Shown here: one piece after another, positions 59,701 to 64,000 of the stretch
How the letters are laid out: the number at the start of each line of letters is the position of its first letter
Numbering within the stretch: position 1 is the first letter of the stretch
IMG/VR virus record: IMGVR_UViG_3300046744_000381
Location: 72,877-136,876 of that record
Length of the DNA: 64,000 bases
Direction: 5' to 3' (one strand)
Source of the DNA: a virus
Made by a program: the position numbers and the translations under genes
Notes under the pieces: model-generated
What the model was told of the DNA's origin: nothing
Database searches by the model: none
The model's input: the letters and a program-made list of their open reading frames with translations, nothing else

Positions 59701-62700
59701 AAGTGCTATTAATCAAGCCAAGGCATTAACATTAGCAGAAATTACAAGTCTGTCATTAGCATCACGAAATTTTGTAGGTAGTAGATTTGACATAGTAACA
59801 ACTATTATTAATGATGGTGATGATTTACCAGATGCACAAGATGTAAGTTCAGAAGGCGATATTACAAACGATTTTAAAACCAATGCTACCGAAAGTACAT
59901 TTAATGGTTCAACGGATGTAAACGTAAATGTTGATGTATTTACAATTGTAGATCACGGATTTACTAACGGACAAAAAGTAATTTATGATCCAGATAACAA
60001 TCCAGTCATACAAGGACTAGATGCAGAACAAACATATTATATTAAAATTATTAATGATGACGAATTTAGTTTAACATTTGACGAATCGGGCGATTTTGAT
60101 GTTAATGTTCTTGCTACAAGTACCGGTACACATAAATTTTTATCAGGTGTTATTGAATTCTTTGTAAATGAGATTACTGATTCGCATACAACTTATCAAA
60201 CATTAGAATTAGAATCGGGTTCTGAGAGTTATGAGTTTGTACCGGGTAGACAGATTACCGGTGTTACAGGTACAAGTAATAATGCTGCTATTGTGTTTAG
60301 TTGGAAGCCTGCCATAAGAGAACTTATAGTTAGTATAGAACAAGTAGCAGTTGGTCAAAGTTTGTTGCGTATCCAATTCGACGAAACTAGTACTATTACA
60401 GCAGATCACGCTGGCACACCAAATACCACTATTGGTGTAAATGCTGCGCAATCTAAATTAGGACTTGGTACTGCAACTTTTGCTATTAAAGCAACTGACG
60501 GTAGTAGTTCTTTAAGTAACCTATCAGCCTTACCAGAAAATCAGGTTTGGTTCCACAGACCAAGTATTGTTAACTCATCATCACACACTTGGGAATATGC
60601 AGGTTCAGGTACAGACTATAACGCATTACCACAAAACGGCGGTAACACAAAAAGTGAATTTGAACAGTTTGAAGAACTACCCGGTCGTGTTTACTCTTCA
60701 GGTACAAACGAACTTGGTGACTTTAAAGTTGGTGACTTTATTACAGCGTTTAACAGAACAGGTAATATCACATTTAGAAACAAAGTTCAGGTTGATGAAC
60801 TTGATGCTTTGAGACTAAGTTTGTCAGATGTTGCAATTGAAGAAATTTCAACAAGTGTAAACTTAGGCGATGACGAGCTAGGTGGTGCAAGTAATGCAAG
60901 ACTTTCAACTCAGTTAGCTGTTAGAGCATTTATTAGTAATAGATTAGGAGGCTTTGTTGACAAAACTGTGTCAACTGCTGCTGTTCCGGGTGCCATTGTT
61001 CAATTAAACACAAATGGACAACTTAATGGAGACTTAATTCCAGCAACACGTCAGTTTACAAATACCAACACACAAGGTTATCAATCAAGACTTGAACAAG
61101 TTGATAATATACCACCTGTTGATTTGAAAGCTGGTGACATTGCTACAGAAAATTATGAACAAGTAGAACTTACTCTAAGTGGAAATATTAGTGCTGCTGA
61201 CGGAGCTATTATTACACAACCTACTGCATTTGGCGCAACTGGTTATGCCAAAGGACTATATGGTAACAGCGGTAACATTCTTGTAGCAAGTATTGGCGGT
61301 GAATGGATTGTTGGAGACGATAGTACAGGCTCACAATTCCAAACTGGTGTTGGAAACAACATTTTTGTTGACGGTGTTGACAGTGGTGTATATCCTACAG
61401 GTATTGGTCTATCAAGTCAAGTTATTGACAACTTCTTTTTAAGAAGTTCTAATTCAAGTCAATTCCTGATACTAGATCCAACAGATGATTATACATTTAC
61501 TACAAATACAATTACAAACTTAGAACGTACTTCAAATGTTACAACTGCTACAACAAGCGGTGCTCACAATCTCTTAATTGGTAATCAAATCAGTATTACC
61601 TGTTCTGATAATGAAACTTTTGAAACAAATGGACAAGTTATTAGTACGCCAACAAGTACAACATTTACATATTCAAATGTAGATCCGGATGACGTTGCAA
61701 GTTTTGCTGTATCTGACGGTTTTGTTGGCAGTGTTGTAAGAAGTGCTGACGGTAATGCTCAGGGTAGAGTAACTGAATTGAGAGAAGGTGTGTTATCAGG
61801 TATTGATAATTCTAATATTACAGGCGGTACTTTATACACTCCAACAGTAGGAAACCAAACATATCTCGATGTAGTATTAACAAATGTAACAGGAAGTGGT
61901 ACGGGTGCTACAGCAGATATTACAGTCACAGCGGGACAAGTTACCGATGTTGATATTAAAACAGGCGGCACAGGTTATGCGATTGGAGATTTATTAAGTG
62001 CAGCTTCTAGTAGTGTAGGAAACACAGGAAGTGGATTCCAGATAGAAGTTACTGCTTTTGAAAAACGTGCTTACATTGACATTATTGGCGGCGAACTTTT
62101 TGTTGCAAGTAGTTCAAGTGTTGACTTTGTAGAAGATAACACTGCTGTACAAACGGCACGAGACATAAACTTAGATGATTTTATCACACATAACTTCTTA
62201 GCAGGTTCTTCCGGCGCAGGCGGTGCTGTTGACTATACCAACTTTAGAATTACCATACCAAATCACGGATACTCAAATGGTGATCCATTAAAATACGATA
62301 CATTAGGTAATGCTCCAATCGGTGGTATTTTGAACGGACAAGTTGTTTATGCAAAATTCATAGACAATAATACAATTGAATTGTACGAAGGATTTGCACT
62401 ACTTAACAAAATAGAATTTGCAAGTACTCCTGCTAACAACAATCATAATTTGACAAGAAGTACAGTTAACATAACTGACAACAGCGTTATTATCGAGAAT
62501 CACGGATACACAACAGCCGATGCTGTTAGATTAAACACACTATCAGACGGTAGTTCAAGTAATGCATTACCTATAGTTGATGGTGCCGATCCTATTCCAG
62601 ACGGTTCTAGATTCTTTGTTGGTTCTGTAACTACTAACTCATTTACACTACACGTTCTACGCAGTGATGCTCTAAGCAGTATTAATGATCTTGTAACAAA

Positions 62701-64000
62701 TCCAGAAGATTTAACAAGTGTAGGAATTGGTACTGCTAGAAGTACACGAAGTAATGCTCAAGTTACAGGTCAAATTAATACATCAAGTAGATTAAAGAAA
62801 AATTGGAATACACTCGCTGTTACAAATATTGATGCTGAAAATATTATTTCAGGTATTATATCACCAAGTAGACTTGGCGGTAGCGGTGTTCCAAATAGTG
62901 ACACATTCCTAAGAGGTGATAGTGCATATTCTGTTGTTGTACAAAAACTTAAAAAGGCAAGTACAACTGAAAACCCAATTACACTTGTAGGCAATAGCGT
63001 AAGTCAAGAGTTTTACGGCACTGTTAGTATTGGTGTCAATAATGTTGACCTTGATCCGGGCGGAACATTCTCTACACTAGGTGTTTCAAAATTTTTACAA
63101 TCACAATTTGATGTAAACGCTAATGCTAGTGGCGAAGTATTCCTTAAAGATGGTGTTGTTGATGCTGGTACACTGGATTCATTAGATAGTGCATACTTTC
63201 TTAATCCTGCAAACTTAACAAGTCCTGTTCCTGTAAACAGAGGAGGGACAAACATTACTTCTTATGCTAGAGGCGATTTGCTTTATGCAGAAACAACTGG
63301 TACACTTAATCCATTATCTATAGGTAGAAACAATGCTATCTTAAAATCAAACGGTGAAACACCTGAATGGGGCACAGCACTTGATCTTGCAGAAGGATTA
63401 GACGTTGGTGCTGCTGCACTTACTTCTGCAAGCACAGGTAGTGGTACTGTATATAATGATAATGTCACAAGTTTAAATATTGGCGGCGATGCAACTAATA
63501 TCGATATAGGTAGTACAGAAGGTACAAGAAACTTATTTCCATTTTTAGACGGATATGATGCTAGTGCAAGTCAAAATGTTGTAGGTAATTTAAAAAGCAT
63601 AACTGCTACCACAAATGATCCAACTGACAACGGATTAAACGAAATTCCATTAGATGATACATCTAGTGTACTTGCAGGAATGATTGTAACTGGAAGTGGT
63701 AGTATCCCTGCAAACACAACAGTAAGCGGTGTTACAGGTGATTACATTTATTTAAGCAACAATACAACTGGTACTATTTTAAGTGGAGCAACATTAACAT
63801 TTACATACACACCAAAAACACTTGGTATCGATGTAGGTGATACAATTAATATTGGCTCAAGTACAAAAACTAATCTAGACGGTACTTGGCCAATAATTGG
63901 TGCTACATCTAATGCTACATCGTTTACATTCCAGACTGATGCAAATGTTACATCAAATCCAGTTGATGTTCCTGCAGGCCAATTAACTATAAACGCAAAC
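56741..64000 (+). CDS. Giant virion fibre/appendage protein, paralog of 48141..56633 (>2420 aa, runs off the window; not in the ORF track)
   Basis: ATG at 56741 after AGGAGG; starts MATKIRHKRSAVAGKQP...GELAINTADGKVY (Mtd_N-like). The frame is open wherever checked (58289, 59048, 59546, 63902-64000). Shares SPYIQN, QIVSCF, HxxEYxGxG and GxFxVG with the upstream gene and has 3 Cys-bearing globin-like repeats. Confidence 0.85.
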   Translation, partial: MATKIRHKRSAVAGKQPLVSQLESGELAINTADGKVYLLRDDNTVQDITRRVFEGNTQLEVDDLGDSTSAAITATVNNDLKMSVTDNGIFLNDDISINNANTLTFKELTGSGADGISLKSPDTLDAGYNLTLPPQVGTTGQLIATDAQGNLFFQDADIFGGNVVYVSAEQGDDANDGQSAPVKTVKRACQIASGLIYNADGTTNGTRVNVKVAVGDYTEDNPIIVPDNTVIKGDGLRGCIIRPANANRDILRVRNACYFGEFTFRDGVDENQVPLITADYAVAFDDPFDANITDRADYTNLPDTRPFITTSPYIQNASILSFLGMNGAKIDGSKVTSPNIGFIPQEQENPVVGAIPEQGKSMVANAFTILSFGGTAWRLTNDAYAQIVSCFEIFLLNGVYCQSGGYCSITNSATNFGLYALRSSGYSPKAFEFDRAFVTGTGAFEGLQTVSIVGINRDTPVEEFVLRFREADYKTAYERLLVEKDQIAADTVTWINQQIAAASPSIWASFEYDQTKCARDVGLLVDAIRWDAAFDTNYRSVSSALTYFNGRFPSALFAAQKAQHIEAFTQAKSFTTNITQQSTYDSRVNALWDEIIEILDNDKTFTPTTGTTYDPNTGILVANIGAHNLTVGTSIIIADNSLTFTCASDGNTAQVTYPRSTDPASKTALTISAVTSDTITVNVGTSSETSAHTFITSAANSVTIEGVGVTGLTDPTGYNSSYLAGYGDARTQLESNRNFLIKEITAWIAVQVAGEISPFVSTFSYDVAQCENDIGLILDALRYDLTYGGNLQTFDAAIQYFVGTTKQLADGQKDATLASYARLKEIIGQVILEQAVTVSAGNALTQDTSGTAGSSDASNAAKDRIQEIIDYVDSDGATPPTKIEPGTTWVSAALVEDKDRLYPEAQKNIGQNVNAYIETQVDAAQWYNFTYDNSKCLRDTKLIVEAVAKDAWDTGNRYSRSAGLSYYNKNIGDSSQISISGQERQTISAINQAKALTLAEITSLSLASRNFVGSRFDIVTTIINDGDDLPDAQDVSSEGDITNDFKTNATESTFNGSTDVNVNVDVFTIVDHGFTNGQKVIYDPDNNPVIQGLDAEQTYYIKIINDDEFSLTFDESGDFDVNVLATSTGTHKFLSGVIEFFVNEITDSHTTYQTLELESGSESYEFVPGRQITGVTGTSNNAAIVFSWKPAIRELIVSIEQVAVGQSLLRIQFDETSTITADHAGTPNTTIGVNAAQSKLGLGTATFAIKATDGSSSLSNLSALPENQVWFHRPSIVNSSSHTWEYAGSGTDYNALPQNGGNTKSEFEQFEELPGRVYSSGTNELGDFKVGDFITAFNRTGNITFRNKVQVDELDALRLSLSDVAIEEISTSVNLGDDELGGASNARLSTQLAVRAFISNRLGGFVDKTVSTAAVPGAIVQLNTNGQLNGDLIPATRQFTNTNTQGYQSRLEQVDNIPPVDLKAGDIATENYEQVELTLSGNISAADGAIITQPTAFGATGYAKGLYGNSGNILVASIGGEWIVGDDSTGSQFQTGVGNNIFVDGVDSGVYPTGIGLSSQVIDNFFLRSSNSSQFLILDPTDDYTFTTNTITNLERTSNVTTATTSGAHNLLIGNQISITCSDNETFETNGQVISTPTSTTFTYSNVDPDDVASFAVSDGFVGSVVRSADGNAQGRVTELREGVLSGIDNSNITGGTLYTPTVGNQTYLDVVLTNVTGSGTGATADITVTAGQVTDVDIKTGGTGYAIGDLLSAASSSVGNTGSGFQIEVTAFEKRAYIDIIGGELFVASSSSVDFVEDNTAVQTARDINLDDFITHNFLAGSSGAGGAVDYTNFRITIPNHGYSNGDPLKYDTLGNAPIGGILNGQVVYAKFIDNNTIELYEGFALLNKIEFASTPANNNHNLTRSTVNITDNSVIIENHGYTTADAVRLNTLSDGSSSNALPIVDGADPIPDGSRFFVGSVTTNSFTLHVLRSDALSSINDLVTNPEDLTSVGIGTARSTRSNAQVTGQINTSSRLKKNWNTLAVTNIDAENIISGIISPSRLGGSGVPNSDTFLRGDSAYSVVVQKLKKASTTENPITLVGNSVSQEFYGTVSIGVNNVDLDPGGTFSTLGVSKFLQSQFDVNANASGEVFLKDGVVDAGTLDSLDSAYFLNPANLTSPVPVNRGGTNITSYARGDLLYAETTGTLNPLSIGRNNAILKSNGETPEWGTALDLAEGLDVGAAALTSASTGSGTVYNDNVTSLNIGGDATNIDIGSTEGTRNLFPFLDGYDASASQNVVGNLKSITATTNDPTDNGLNEIPLDDTSSVLAGMIVTGSGSIPANTTVSGVTGDYIYLSNNTTGTILSGATLTFTYTPKTLGIDVGDTINIGSSTKTNLDGTWPIIGATSNATSFTFQTDANVTSNPVDVPAGQLTINAN

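Noticed and set aside
41975-63468. Minus-strand ORFs opposite the head and fibre genes (e.g. Ser-rich 41975..42793, 56800..57126)
   Set aside because: These are antisense shadows; the Ser-rich one simply mirrors GAA/GAT repeats. The region 56741-64000 is explained by one plus-strand ORF that runs off the window.
1-64000. Stop-codon reassignment, tRNA genes, integrase or transposase
   Set aside because: The standard code yields full-length genes ending in TAA, TAG and TGA with tight packing. No tRNA cloverleaf or mobile-element gene was recognised.

Overview
This window is a 64-kb, AT-rich, gene-dense piece of a large T4-superfamily myophage genome, probably aquatic; the host cannot be determined from this sequence. 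Left (1-29.3 kb, minus strand): a baseplate and short-fibre operon with gp54/48-like, gp53, hub, gp5 spike, gp25, gp6, a 4592-aa gp7-like wedge, and three paralogous fibre genes, the last truncated at the window edge. Middle (plus strand): late sigma factor gp55 behind a perfect sigma70 promoter, gp47/gp46 (Mre11/Rad50-like), a small GIY-YIG nuclease followed by a ~470-nt hairpin-rich non-coding region, and a hydrophobic putative internal head protein. A gp26/gp51-like pair is apparently joined by a -1 frameshift, followed by the tape measure and the head cluster (portal, cores, protease, scaffold, major capsid). Right: a cold-shock-like gene, a stand-alone ~240-nt candidate ncRNA, and an appendage module ending in two giant paralogous proteins (2830 aa and >2420 aa; the second is missing from the ORF track). 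The main candidate novelty is that these two virion proteins carry 13 copies of a ~140-160-aa domain that aligns by eye with phycobiliprotein (globin-fold) subunits, including the bilin-attachment Cys-x-Arg-Asp motif. All calls come from motif reading and synteny; no searches were run.
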